Below, piece by piece: positions 27,564-37,049 of a stretch of DNA of 64,000 bases. The position numbers and the translations under genes were made by a program. Source of the stretch: an uncultured Gammaproteobacteria bacterium (lineage in GTDB: Bacteria > Patescibacteriota > Microgenomatia > Levybacterales > UBA12049); the NCBI GenBank assembly GCA_964503265.1, contig CAZCYO010000002.1, positions 258,604 through 322,603 of the forward strand. Reading direction: 5' to 3'. The notes under the pieces were generated by a model that ran no database searches, was not told where the DNA came from, and worked only from the letters and a program-made list of their open reading frames with translations. Every line of letters begins with the position of its first letter. Positions within the stretch are counted from its first letter, which is position 1.

Positions 27564-28844
27564 GTGGAGCAATTGAACAATGTATTAATAATTCCTGCTA
27601 CAATAATTTCCATGGCAGAAAAAACCTCTCGTTATCCCGCATTTAACTATCATGATTTTCGCTTGCTCTGGACTGGTCAACTAGTATCAAATATGGGTAC
27701 TCAGATGCAGTTCACGGCGTTAAATTGGCATATCTATTTACTCACACACTCCGCATTCGCACTCGGCTTAATCGGACTCGCAAGATTTGTTCCGATCCTT
27801 ATATTTTCACTTTTCGGCGGCGTAACTGCTGATGCATTTAATAGAAAGAAAACACTTTTGATAACACAAATTATTTTAACATTTCTCGCAAGTATTCTCG
27901 CGTTGACTACACTGAGTGGCCATATCACCCCAACACTTATTTATGTCATCACGCTACTTTCAACTGTTGTCTTTGCTTTTGATGGACCGACGAGACAAGC
28001 ATTTTTCCCTAGTCTTGTTGATCGAGAACATTTACCAAATGCTGTAAGTCTTAACTCTGTGATGTTTCAAACCTCTACAATTGTCGGACCAGGACTTGCT
28101 GGATTTATTATTGCGAGTATGGGTATTGGAAGTGTCTATGCGATTAACGCGATTTCTTATCTCGCAGTGATCACAGCACTTCTCATGATGTTTGCGACTG
28201 GTGAGATAGCTGGTGAAAAAACGAAAATTGCTTTTTCTTCAATTATTGAAGGATTTGTGTTCGTTAAATCCCAAACACTGATTTGGTCAACGATGCTCCT
28301 TGATTTCTTTAGTACATTTTTTGCATCTGCGACTGCGCTCCTTCCTGTTTTTGCGAAAGATGTGCTCAATGTCGGACCTGAAGGATTTGGTATTTTGTCA
28401 GCAGCTCCAGCCATTGGAGCAGTCTTAGCTGGATTTGCGATAGCACATATGAAACAAATGAAAAAACAGGGATATATATTACTAACTGCTGTTACTTGTT
28501 ATGCTTTAGGGACTATTTTATTTGGCGTATCACATATTTTTATTCTTTCTTTTATCGGACTTTTTATCGTCGGTGCTGGAGATAGTGTCAGTACAATTAT
28601 TCGTAACACAATTCGCCAGCTAGCAACTCCTGATTACATACGTGGTCGAATGACTGGGATTAACATGATTTTCTTTATGGGAGGACCGCAACTCGGCGAA
28701 TTTGAAGCTGGTGTACTTGCATCTGCTATCGGTGGACCACTTTCTGTCGTTATTGGTGGTATCGGAACACTATTCGCCATTGGGGCGATGGCGGTGCTAG
28801 TCCCAACACTGAGAAAATTTGATTTCCACGAAGAATTCAAATAG
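27564..28844 (+). CDS. MFS transporter
   Basis: 12 TM helices, MFS-type loops (FNRKKTLLITQ). Confidence 0.75.
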   Translation: MEQLNNVLIIPATIISMAEKTSRYPAFNYHDFRLLWTGQLVSNMGTQMQFTALNWHIYLLTHSAFALGLIGLARFVPILIFSLFGGVTADAFNRKKTLLITQIILTFLASILALTTLSGHITPTLIYVITLLSTVVFAFDGPTRQAFFPSLVDREHLPNAVSLNSVMFQTSTIVGPGLAGFIIASMGIGSVYAINAISYLAVITALLMMFATGEIAGEKTKIAFSSIIEGFVFVKSQTLIWSTMLLDFFSTFFASATALLPVFAKDVLNVGPEGFGILSAAPAIGAVLAGFAIAHMKQMKKQGYILLTAVTCYALGTILFGVSHIFILSFIGLFIVGAGDSVSTIIRNTIRQLATPDYIRGRMTGINMIFFMGGPQLGEFEAGVLASAIGGPLSVVIGGIGTLFAIGAMAVLVPTLRKFDFHEEFK

Positions 28845-28854
28845 TAACATTTTC

Positions 28855-28897
28855 TGTCATCCTGGAGACCCGATGAACATCGGGACGATAGGATCTC
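28855..28897. repeat. MITE-like repeat fragment (TGTCATCCTGGAGACCCGATGAACATCGGGACGATAGGATCTC)
   Basis: Shares TGTCATYCTGGAG start and GATAGRATC end with family A. Internal hairpin CCCGATG...CATCGGG. Confidence 0.5.
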
Positions 28898-28947
28898 ACA
28901 ACAAATGGGATGTTACCACTTCATGTTCATGTTAGAATGACAACATC

Positions 28948-29895
28948 TTAGAACGTCGAGAAATAATTATAAAAATTTTTTGAAAGTATCGCAGTATTCT
29001 CGGCAGCAGATTGAGGATTTGCTGAATCAGTCATCACGACAAAAATATAATCACCAGTCGGAGCATAGACTATCCCTGCATCATGCTTCACACGATCAAG
29101 CTCACCTGTTTTATGTGCTACAGGAATTCCAAGGGGAAGATATTTGGGAATTCTGTCATTTAGTTGTTGTTTTTTAAGAAGCGAAATCATTTCATCAGAA
29201 TAAAATTTATTTACAATTTCTCCCCGATATAATTTTTCATAAAAAACCATGACATCATGCGGAGTTGTTTGAGGGAGGCTCGTCCCGACTTTTGATTCTG
29301 TAAGACCATATTTGCGTAAAAACCGCTGAAGACCTGAGATTTTTATCTTTGAAGTAAGTAACAATGCAGAATAATTATCTGAAACAGTAATCATCCGTTC
29401 CAGGGCGCGCTGAACAGGAACATCAAGTGCACCGTCAGTCAGCTCTGCTTCTTCACTCGCTATATTAAATGAGTCATTTAAGCGAGCGATATTTCCGGTT
29501 AACTGATCGGTTAGATTCATCTTCCCATCATTTATGAGTTCATATACCTCTCCCATAACCCAGAGTTTATATAAACTCGCACTATTAAATACACGATGAC
29601 TATCGAGTTCGTATGCTTTTCCATCTTTAAAACGCTTAACAGCTATTCCATATAACCCACTTGTTCCCTGCAAATCATTTTCAACAATTCTATTAAGCTC
29701 TGAATATGATGTTGTCGAAACTCCCATGACAGAAGTTGAGGACATTTGAAGAGGAGAAAGTATTTTTTTAGGTGTCTGAGTGTTATGAATGTTATTAAAT
29801 ATATATAACAATAAAAAAAATACGACCACAAGAAATATAAATGGCCGAACAGGTGATTTTCTTTTGAGACGTGTTCTTTTGTAATAGATCGGCAT
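28948..29895 (-). CDS. Class A beta-lactamase-like serine hydrolase (penicillin-binding fold) with N-terminal TM
   Basis: SxxK (SLYK), SDN (VSDNYS), KTG (AHKTGEL) motifs in the correct order. Confidence 0.7.
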   Translation of the reverse strand: MPIYYKRTRLKRKSPVRPFIFLVVVFFLLLYIFNNIHNTQTPKKILSPLQMSSTSVMGVSTTSYSELNRIVENDLQGTSGLYGIAVKRFKDGKAYELDSHRVFNSASLYKLWVMGEVYELINDGKMNLTDQLTGNIARLNDSFNIASEEAELTDGALDVPVQRALERMITVSDNYSALLLTSKIKISGLQRFLRKYGLTESKVGTSLPQTTPHDVMVFYEKLYRGEIVNKFYSDEMISLLKKQQLNDRIPKYLPLGIPVAHKTGELDRVKHDAGIVYAPTGDYIFVVMTDSANPQSAAENTAILSKNFYNYFSTF

Positions 29896-30074
29896 ATACG
29901 TGAAATTAAACTAAGAATGCGAGCGTTAAGCAGGAGTTATGGCTCTAAGTATGAAATAGTGTTCTTGGTTTTCTCTTACACTAAAACCACGAATTTCATA
30001 CTGTATATCATATATAGTTAACAAGTGAAAAGTAAACAGTTATCTTCACCTAGTGCCGAAGAATTTCTTAAACT

Positions 30075-30482
30075 CTATCTATTCTCCACAAATACATGCG
30101 TATGCCAAATCTCAGGCATTGATTTAATTTCACTCTCTACAGCAATCCATCTTTGATGTGGGAATTTTTCTGAAACGATTTTTTTGATCTCTTCATCAGA
30201 AAGTACTGATGTTTTACTCCAGAGTGACCAATGTTTAACATAAGGCAAATTACTTAACAGTCGTGAATAAGGATATCGATTTACAAGTATTGCATGATCA
30301 AGCTCCCCTATTTGTTTGAGTATAAGTTCTATTTGAAGCTCTCGTGGAATTACCTGACGAAAAATAGTATAGTCATCAGCTTCTTCATTAAAACGGAGAA
30401 AATCACGATCTGCAGTTTTTAAATAATCTTTAATGGCTTCTAGTTCTTCCCAGGTTTGTGGTATGGTAATGGTATCACTCAT
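30075..30482 (-). CDS. Hypothetical protein, translationally coupled to cysS (8-nt overlap)
   Basis: 135-aa ORF with no recognisable domain. Confidence 0.4.
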   Translation of the reverse strand: MSDTITIPQTWEELEAIKDYLKTADRDFLRFNEEADDYTIFRQVIPRELQIELILKQIGELDHAILVNRYPYSRLLSNLPYVKHWSLWSKTSVLSDEEIKKIVSEKFPHQRWIAVESEIKSMPEIWHTHVFVENR

Positions 30483-31929
30483 CGCTTATGACATCTTCTG
30501 CTCTCATAATTTCAGTACCATGAATTGTATCTTTAATTTCATATCCAAATTTTCTGATCTTATTTCGATAGTGATCAGCTGCTGAGAAATGCTTTGCTTT
30601 GCGTAGTCGTTCTCGCTCTGCGACTAATTCATGAACTTCTGCTGGAATTTTTTCAGCCGGTCGATGTCGCTGTTCTTCATAATACGCTTTTAAATTAAGT
30701 CCAAGTACTTCGTCCATCATAAAAAGTGTTGCTAGTTTTCGTCCATTATCTTCATGTGAATTCATCATTTCCCACACTACAGCCAGTGCTTGTGCAGTAT
30801 TCAAGTCATCTGTTAAAGAATCGACAAATTTTTTATAAAAGAACTCACTTTTACCTTGTGCATCTTTTAATTTCAGCATTTCTTTGCGTAAATTAGTGAG
30901 AGCATTCTGTGCTGCATCTAGCCCACCAAATGTAAAGTTCATTTCTTGTCGGTAATGTGTTTGGAGATAGAGATATCGAAGCGCTAATGGGTCATACCCT
31001 TCTTTAATGAGATCATAAACCCGGTACACATTATCTTTTGATTTACTCATTTTCTCACCATTAACGAGTAAAAATGTCACGTGCATCCAGTAGTTAACAA
31101 ATTTCTTTCCCGTAACTGCTTCTGATTGCGCGATTTCATTTGGATGGTGTGTTTCTTTTAAGTCCATACCACCAGTATGAATATCAAATGTTTCACCTAA
31201 ATATTTCATACTCATCGCCGAACATTCGATATGCCATCCTGGAAATCCGACACCCCATGGACTCTTCCACTCCATTTGGCGACGTGTAACGGAGCCATCC
31301 TCAGCATTAGCGTAGGATGACGCATTTTTTTTCTCTGAAAATTTCCATAAGGCAAAATCTCGTGGATTTCTTTTTTCCGGATTAATTTCTACTCGTGCGC
31401 CCTCTTTAATTTGATCAAGCGATGATAATTCTCCATATGTCGCAAATCGAGATGTGTCAAAATAGATACCATCTGATGTTTCGTACGTAAATCCTTTTTG
31501 TTCAAGTTTTTTGACAAGTTCAATTTGTTCTGCGATATGATCTGTCGCTTTTGCGAATTTTTCAGGCTTAGTTAAATTAAGTTTTTCAAAATCTGATATA
31601 AATGCATCGGTATAAAACTCAGCCACTTCCCATGCGGTTCTTCCTTCTTTTGTAGCCGTTTTTTCCATGCGATCCTCGCCAGTATCAGCATCTCCGAGAT
31701 TGTCCCCTGTTAAATGTCCGACATCAGTAATATTCATGAGGTAGTCGACGTTATATCCCTGGATTTTTAGTGTTCGAAGTAAGAAATCTACAGCTGTATA
31801 TGTGCGAAAATTACCAATAGTAGCAAAACTATAAACGGTCGGTCCACACGTATACATGCGAACTGTATAAGGATCGATTGAATTAAAATCTTCAATTTTT
31901 TTAGTAAGAGAATTAAATAAACGTAACAT
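30475..31929 (-). CDS. cysS: Cysteine--tRNA ligase
   Basis: HIGH-region (CGPTVYSFATIGNFRT), KMSKS (GEKMSKSKDN), Zn-binding Cys residues. Confidence 0.95.
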   Translation of the reverse strand: MLRLFNSLTKKIEDFNSIDPYTVRMYTCGPTVYSFATIGNFRTYTAVDFLLRTLKIQGYNVDYLMNITDVGHLTGDNLGDADTGEDRMEKTATKEGRTAWEVAEFYTDAFISDFEKLNLTKPEKFAKATDHIAEQIELVKKLEQKGFTYETSDGIYFDTSRFATYGELSSLDQIKEGARVEINPEKRNPRDFALWKFSEKKNASSYANAEDGSVTRRQMEWKSPWGVGFPGWHIECSAMSMKYLGETFDIHTGGMDLKETHHPNEIAQSEAVTGKKFVNYWMHVTFLLVNGEKMSKSKDNVYRVYDLIKEGYDPLALRYLYLQTHYRQEMNFTFGGLDAAQNALTNLRKEMLKLKDAQGKSEFFYKKFVDSLTDDLNTAQALAVVWEMMNSHEDNGRKLATLFMMDEVLGLNLKAYYEEQRHRPAEKIPAEVHELVAERERLRKAKHFSAADHYRNKIRKFGYEIKDTIHGTEIMRAEDVISDE

Positions 31930-32119
31930 ATGAGTGGATTATAGCTTACTCTGCTGAAAATTCAAAATATTTGCAGGAAATACGAAATAAGAATATCGAA
32001 ATTCGAAACAATTCGAACTCCTTGGACTTCGTCAGGAAAAATTGGTGATCTTGTTATAACGAAGTAAAGAATGTCAAAGCATTTCGCATTTCGTGCTTCG
32101 ATATTCTTATTTTCACTAC

Positions 32120-32704
32120 TTAGCCAGATGCTCCTGGGCTTCCTTCTGTTTTAGTCTGTGCACGTTGCAGCGCAAAGTCTGGTTTTTTCTTTTGTTTTTC
32201 AAATTCCTCAAACTTTTTCTCCTGTTCTTCCCGTTCATTTTTATCTACTACAGATTCTTCTCCCTGGTGCTGACTACGATTAAATGTGGGGTTAAAATAA
32301 CTATCCATGTGTTGTTGTTTCATCAGTGCATCAAGTTGGTGACGAGTTGAAGCGAGTTTATGCTGATCTTCCTGCATAACTAGACTTGGTTGTGGAGACA
32401 TCTGTTGAGGAGGGGCACTAGCATGAGCGGCATTGGGCTGTGTTTGTTGGTTATGTTCCGCTCCATAGAGTTCACGAACAAACTCGTCATTGTCAGTTGG
32501 AGGTGGAGTAAATGCGGCACTGTCATGTGATACCATCGAGATTGCAGCGTCGGTAACTTTCCCAAAACTTGCCCCAGTCAACTGTGCCGCAGCAGTTTGA
32601 GCAGTAACCTTAACTCCTTGAGCAGCAGTGTCTCCTACTTTTTTAACGACACTAACTCCCTGCTCAAGTAACGATTCCCCAGTAAACGACCCAAGTGGAT
32701 TCAT
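32120..32704 (-). CDS. Hypothetical low-complexity (Gln/Ala/Pro-rich) protein
   Basis: ORF only; charged KE-rich C-terminus. Confidence 0.35.
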   Translation of the reverse strand: MNPLGSFTGESLLEQGVSVVKKVGDTAAQGVKVTAQTAAAQLTGASFGKVTDAAISMVSHDSAAFTPPPTDNDEFVRELYGAEHNQQTQPNAAHASAPPQQMSPQPSLVMQEDQHKLASTRHQLDALMKQQHMDSYFNPTFNRSQHQGEESVVDKNEREEQEKKFEEFEKQKKKPDFALQRAQTKTEGSPGASG

Positions 32705-32723
32705 AGATTAATAATACTACAAA

Positions 32724-33181
32724 GTATCACGGGTATCACGGGTATCACAAGTATCACTGGCTTAAAGGTGATATTGTAATACTATATGGATAAATCCACA
32801 AAGAGCTATCATAAATTGATTCTCTGGCATAAAATGAAAGACTTGATCACTCTTACATATACCTTAACAGATAAGCTGCCTAAATCAGAAATATTTGGAT
32901 TAACATCTCAAATGAGGAGAGCGATGGTTTCTGTCCTGTCAAACTTTGTGGAAGGGTATCTTAAAAAAAGTACTAAAGAAAAGCTGCATTTTATGGAAAT
33001 TGCTGAGACATCATTGCTAGAATTAGAGGCACAGAGCGAAATTTGCCAAATTCTAGAATACTGGGGAGAGGAAGAATATCAATTGTTCGATAAAAAACGA
33101 TCTGAAGTTGGATATTTTTTACACCAATATATTAGTAAAATCTCCTCGTGATACTTGTGGTACCCATGCTACCCGTGGTAC
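32724..33181. mobile_element. Inverted-repeat-flanked cassette carrying four-helix-bundle (IVS-protein) gene, copy 1
   Basis: Left arm gtatcacgggtatcacgggtatcacaagtatcactgg (contains a 9-bp tandem repeated 4 times). Right arm is its about 85% reverse complement (cgtgatacttgtggtacccatgctacccgtggtac). Confidence 0.55.
32786..33151 (+). CDS. Four-helix-bundle protein (23S rRNA intervening-sequence protein family, PF05635/TIGR02436)
   Basis: Characteristic pattern ...SQMRRAMVSVLSNFVEGY...EIAETSLLELEAQSEIC... Paralogs at 46039-46407 and 57283-57558. Confidence 0.75.
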   Translation: MDKSTKSYHKLILWHKMKDLITLTYTLTDKLPKSEIFGLTSQMRRAMVSVLSNFVEGYLKKSTKEKLHFMEIAETSLLELEAQSEICQILEYWGEEEYQLFDKKRSEVGYFLHQYISKISS

Positions 33182-33185
33182 TTTC

Positions 33186-33794
33186 CTAATAGTTGCTTCT
33201 TCCCTCCATCGCTCGATCAAGGGTCGTGCTGTCTGCATATTCCAGGTCTGCTCCTATTGGAAGTCCCCGTCCAATGCGAGTAATTTTGAGATCAGGATGT
33301 TGTAGTTTAAGCTGTTTCGCAATATACATCGCCGTTCCCTCCCCTTCCATCGTCGGATTTGTCGCTAAAATTACTTCCATAATTCTTGATTCATTATTCT
33401 TGATTCTATTAAAAAGTTGTGCGATATAAATTTCATCTGGTCCGATGTTATTAAGTGGGTCAATTTTTCCGTGAAGAACGTGATATACGCCGTGGTATTT
33501 TCCACTTTTTTCAAGTGCCAGCACGTCAAGTGCCTGCTCGACGACACAGACGACTTCTTGATCTCGTTTCGTGTCACTACAAATACTACACGGATCAATT
33601 TCATCAATTGAAAGACAGATCGAACAAAGTTTCGTGCCTTTTTTAAGTTGTTCAAAAGAAGCTGCCATACGATCGAGTTCGCTCTGTGGGACATGGAGTA
33701 AATAAAATGTTAACCGCTGAGCACTTTTCGGACCGATACCAGGAAGTTTTTCAAACGTTTCAATGACATCTTGGATAGCTTTAGGAATTCTCAT
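33186..33794 (-). CDS. recR: Recombination protein RecR
   Basis: HhH (LPGIGPKSAQRL), C4 zinc finger (CSICLSI...CSICSD), Toprim domain. Confidence 0.95.
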   Translation of the reverse strand: MRIPKAIQDVIETFEKLPGIGPKSAQRLTFYLLHVPQSELDRMAASFEQLKKGTKLCSICLSIDEIDPCSICSDTKRDQEVVCVVEQALDVLALEKSGKYHGVYHVLHGKIDPLNNIGPDEIYIAQLFNRIKNNESRIMEVILATNPTMEGEGTAMYIAKQLKLQHPDLKITRIGRGLPIGADLEYADSTTLDRAMEGRSNY

Positions 33795-33804
33795 AATAAA
33801 AATT

Positions 33805-33884
33805 AGTCATCCTGGAAGGAGGCGAAGACGACTGATAAGATCTCATAAAAGTGGGATTCTATCGCTCTGCTCCAGAATGACAAT
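33805..33884. repeat. MITE-like element family A (inverted orientation)
   Basis: gtcatcctggaaggaggcg...gggattctatcgctctgctccagaatgaca. The second half is the reverse complement of the 5622-5653 unit. Confidence 0.55.
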
Positions 33885-33939
33885 AATCAAGTTATTGTAA
33901 CTCTTTTATGCTAAGTGGTGCAAATATAATTATATGATT

Positions 33940-34060
33940 ACTTTCTTATTTGTAATATGTGATCTGTGTAAAATTGGTATGTATTTGTAGTATTTGAGGT
34001 TGGTAGTATTGGATATTTGTAATATTGGTACGTATTTAATATGGTATGTTTGTGAGAGAG
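33940..34060. repeat. Iteron-like array of degenerate direct repeats (core TTGGTAYGTATTTG, 4 copies) at the low-GC border of the high-GC island
   Basis: ttggtatgtatttgtagtatttgaggttggtagtattggatatttgtaatattggtacgtatttaatatggtatgtttgtg. A 28-nt stretch (atttgtagtatttga--ttggtagtatt) recurs at 1171-1200. Confidence 0.5.
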
Positions 34061-34178
34061 GGATACACTTTTTCGTTTACATTCTTTTTTATCCTTATCG
34101 CAATTGATAAGGTAAAGCAGAATCTACACGAGTAGTGTTTGAGCCGGAAGCGCACTGTGCGCTCCCGGCCCGGGTGGT

Positions 34179-34955
34179 CTAGCTTTCCAGGGACGATCCC
34201 CAGGAAGTGACCGTTTGCTCCATCTCGGCCGCGCGTGTCGCGAACTGCGTCACTGCAACGAGATTGAGAACCTGCTTGCCAGGCTTCTTGCCATGCAGCT
34301 CTTCGCCCGCAGATGCGAGCTTCAGCCGAGCGACGGCTTCCTTCAGCTGCTTGTAGAAGTGTGGCAAATCCTTGCCAAGGGTGGTTTGCACCGATCCCTG
34401 GCCGCCACGGGCAATTTTGACTTCCTGCCACCCATCCGGGTAGACAGCCGTCAACGCGTCAAGCAGGTTGGCCTCGGGCTGATGCCCATTGCCGAACTGC
34501 TTACTCAGGACGAGATTAGCCAGCCAGTAGACACCGTATGTGTCACGTGGTGGCTGCTTCGCCTTGCGCTTCGCTTTGCCTTTCCCGTTAGACGGGACGG
34601 CAACCGGAGCCGGTGGGGGGAGCACAGCGTTGGGCTGACTCGGTGTAGTCGGAACAGCGTCCTGCTGTGCCTGACGACGAGTAGTCCGAGGCTTGGTTGC
34701 CACAACCGCCGTCTCGACCTTGTTGCGAGCCTTCTTAGGCTCGGTAGAAGGCGCAAGCGGATGTAGTTCCGCGAGCTGCGCACGCAGGAAGCGGCGCAGT
34801 GGTTCGGGGACTTCCATGTTGTTCATCGTTTTCCGGACGAAGTCCGGATCATCGCGCACCAACTTGGAAAATCCGTGAACCAGACGAAGGAGCTTCGATG
34901 AGCTCCCCACCAGTTGGCCAAAAACCTTGTCGGTCTGCTCAGAGATTGTAGCCAT
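34179..34955 (-). CDS. Island gene 3: hypothetical basic protein (258 aa) with Pro-rich linker and KGKAKRKAK patch
   Basis: High-GC ORF. Start at ATG 34953-34955 preceded by GAGGGGAG RBS. No recognisable domain. GC hairpin (34147-34171) after the stop. Confidence 0.5.
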   Translation of the reverse strand: MATISEQTDKVFGQLVGSSSKLLRLVHGFSKLVRDDPDFVRKTMNNMEVPEPLRRFLRAQLAELHPLAPSTEPKKARNKVETAVVATKPRTTRRQAQQDAVPTTPSQPNAVLPPPAPVAVPSNGKGKAKRKAKQPPRDTYGVYWLANLVLSKQFGNGHQPEANLLDALTAVYPDGWQEVKIARGGQGSVQTTLGKDLPHFYKQLKEAVARLKLASAGEELHGKKPGKQVLNLVAVTQFATRAAEMEQTVTSWGSSLES

Positions 34956-35053
34956 TGCTTCTCCCCTCTGACAGTAGTCCACAATTCCCAAGTCCAACTT
35001 GAACTCAGGGTGGTTGTCGACATGCTCGTATACAGAGCATCTAGTCCTCCTTA

Positions 35054-37048
35054 CTATACTCGCTTCTTGGCGAGTGATGTTCGGCGCTTACGATTCTTCT
35101 TCTTCTGAAGGTAGTTCGCGTGCAGCCGATCAAAGAGTAGTTCTTCTTGTTCCTCACGGTAGTCTTCCGACGCATGTGAGAAACAGAAGCGAGTAACAGC
35201 CCGCGCAACGATATGCGCGATATTTGCTTCGAAACGTGCTTCGTCCCCTGCCGCATACGATTCTGCAATCGTTGGAAACAGCGTATTGACGACGAGACGT
35301 CCGATGTGAAGCCGCTCTTCATACGGCCGATCCGGCCGCCGATAAAGCGGCGATGGTGTGATGTCCAGGCGTGTTAGCCTGTGACTCTCGTGTGGTGGTC
35401 GGCCTGTCAAGATACGAAACTCGATCTGCTGAGTGGGTTGCCCCTCTCGCAGTTGGAATTCTTCCTCGAGAATCGTTTCTTTCTTGAACTGAACTTTCGG
35501 AGTTATCATCACCTTTAGCGACACGCCGTGAGGCGCTTGCTGCCGGGTGAAACTTACCCGTCCACTCAGACCAGTGTTTCGACTGACCAGCACTTGATGA
35601 ATATCCATGAGATCCACATTGACATCTACCATGCCTTGGCCGTATTCGTTAACGACCTTGACTGAGATTGCCTGTGGATCACGAGGCGAACGAGATTGAT
35701 CCGTCGATCGCTTGGTGGATGTTTGCCGAGACGGCCGCGCAGTCGTGAGATCATGCTCATTATAAGCAGGAATCTCACTAATCGCTTCCATTGCCGCACT
35801 CGACATGTCAGTCATCGTAGCACGAAGGCTCGCATTTTCCAGACGCTCTTCAGCATCTTGGATAGCCTGCACGACGAGAGGTGTGAGCTTATCGTTAATC
35901 ACCTTTACCCAGTCGAGCATGTACTTGGTTGGCCTCAGCGCAGTTTTCGGTGCATTCCAGATAGTATTATCCGAGACGCCGACGAACGATGGGAAGACTA
36001 TGTATCCGCGGATCTTTCCAAGATTCCACGGCTCCTTATTCAACCCAGTGATCGTTGTGATCTCGAACTTGTCGGAACCCTTGAAACGCAGTTGGGGAGC
36101 CAGATTGACTCCCTTTACGTCGTAGAAGAGTTCGACAGAAATACTATCTGGTTCTGTATCGTATTCACCCCAGATCAACTCACCCCGGTAAAGCGGGATC
36201 CCTAGGTTGGCCGGAGCCTGAACAGGGATCTCGATCTGCTTTGCAGTAGACCGTTTCGCTTCGGGGGAGATCCGATCGAAGATGCTTATCTTGAATCCGA
36301 TCCGAAGATCTTCAGCGAACATGCTAGTGAGCATAGACGCCAGAGCCTTCGGACGTAGCTGGTCTTTCTCGCCTGGATCCAGATCGGAGACAGTGACACA
36401 CGTGCCATGCTCCATAACCTTTCCCCAGGCATCGTGGAGCGATTCTCCACGACCCGCGATGTCGTACTCGTAAGTTAGATCACCACGCGAGATGCTAGTG
36501 CGCGTAGGTGGCAGTAGAACGATAGTCGGATTTTCCGACTCAGTCATCGTTTCATCTTGCCATGCTTGGCGCATGCGATCCAGGTGAGCTCGCGTCAAAA
36601 GCGTCAGGCGATCAGCGTACTGACAGTATGCCAGAAAACCGATACCTTTCACTCCACGCTGGCTAGAAGACTTGCCACTGATCCCAATTCGTCGCATAAC
36701 CCATTCGATGGAGTAGCGACTAATCGAGTCCAGAGGCACAGCCTTTTCCAGGCTTGTTTCGTAGTCAGCGTCCAGATTACCTTGCGCGATGCTCTCTGCG
36801 AACTGTGTCAACCGTTGCCGGTCGACCTCGAGCATCTCAGGTACCATACCGTGACCGTTGCCGATCACGATCAATTTATTCTCCTCGATAACGATATGAA
36901 GCCAGGTTGCCCCGGCATCACGCTCGTTTTCGATGAGTTGTGCGAACGCTTGGACAGTCGATGCATAGATAGTGGCCAAGTGCAGGATTGCCTGATTGGC
37001 AAAGACCCGCATTACGCCACTCTTTGAGTGCTGTGGCTGCGAAGTCAT
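35054..37048 (-). CDS. Island gene 2: MutL/MORC-like GHKL (Bergerat-fold) ATPase with about 470-aa C-terminal extension and basic tail
   Basis: N-box LIENERDAGAT (compare MutL ELVENSLDAGAT), G1 region IVIGNGHGM (D-to-G variant of DNGxG), G2 lid SQRGVKGIGF. C-terminal KKKNRKRRTSLAKKRV. AAGGAG RBS 10 nt upstream. Stop of the upstream gene abuts the start. Confidence 0.6.
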   Translation of the reverse strand: MTSQPQHSKSGVMRVFANQAILHLATIYASTVQAFAQLIENERDAGATWLHIVIEENKLIVIGNGHGMVPEMLEVDRQRLTQFAESIAQGNLDADYETSLEKAVPLDSISRYSIEWVMRRIGISGKSSSQRGVKGIGFLAYCQYADRLTLLTRAHLDRMRQAWQDETMTESENPTIVLLPPTRTSISRGDLTYEYDIAGRGESLHDAWGKVMEHGTCVTVSDLDPGEKDQLRPKALASMLTSMFAEDLRIGFKISIFDRISPEAKRSTAKQIEIPVQAPANLGIPLYRGELIWGEYDTEPDSISVELFYDVKGVNLAPQLRFKGSDKFEITTITGLNKEPWNLGKIRGYIVFPSFVGVSDNTIWNAPKTALRPTKYMLDWVKVINDKLTPLVVQAIQDAEERLENASLRATMTDMSSAAMEAISEIPAYNEHDLTTARPSRQTSTKRSTDQSRSPRDPQAISVKVVNEYGQGMVDVNVDLMDIHQVLVSRNTGLSGRVSFTRQQAPHGVSLKVMITPKVQFKKETILEEEFQLREGQPTQQIEFRILTGRPPHESHRLTRLDITPSPLYRRPDRPYEERLHIGRLVVNTLFPTIAESYAAGDEARFEANIAHIVARAVTRFCFSHASEDYREEQEELLFDRLHANYLQKKKNRKRRTSLAKKRV

Positions 37049-37049
37049 G

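Noticed and set aside
31930-32119. T-box leader for cysS
   Set aside because: No GGUGGUACC-type T-box sequence on the cysS strand. Only an inverted repeat is present.
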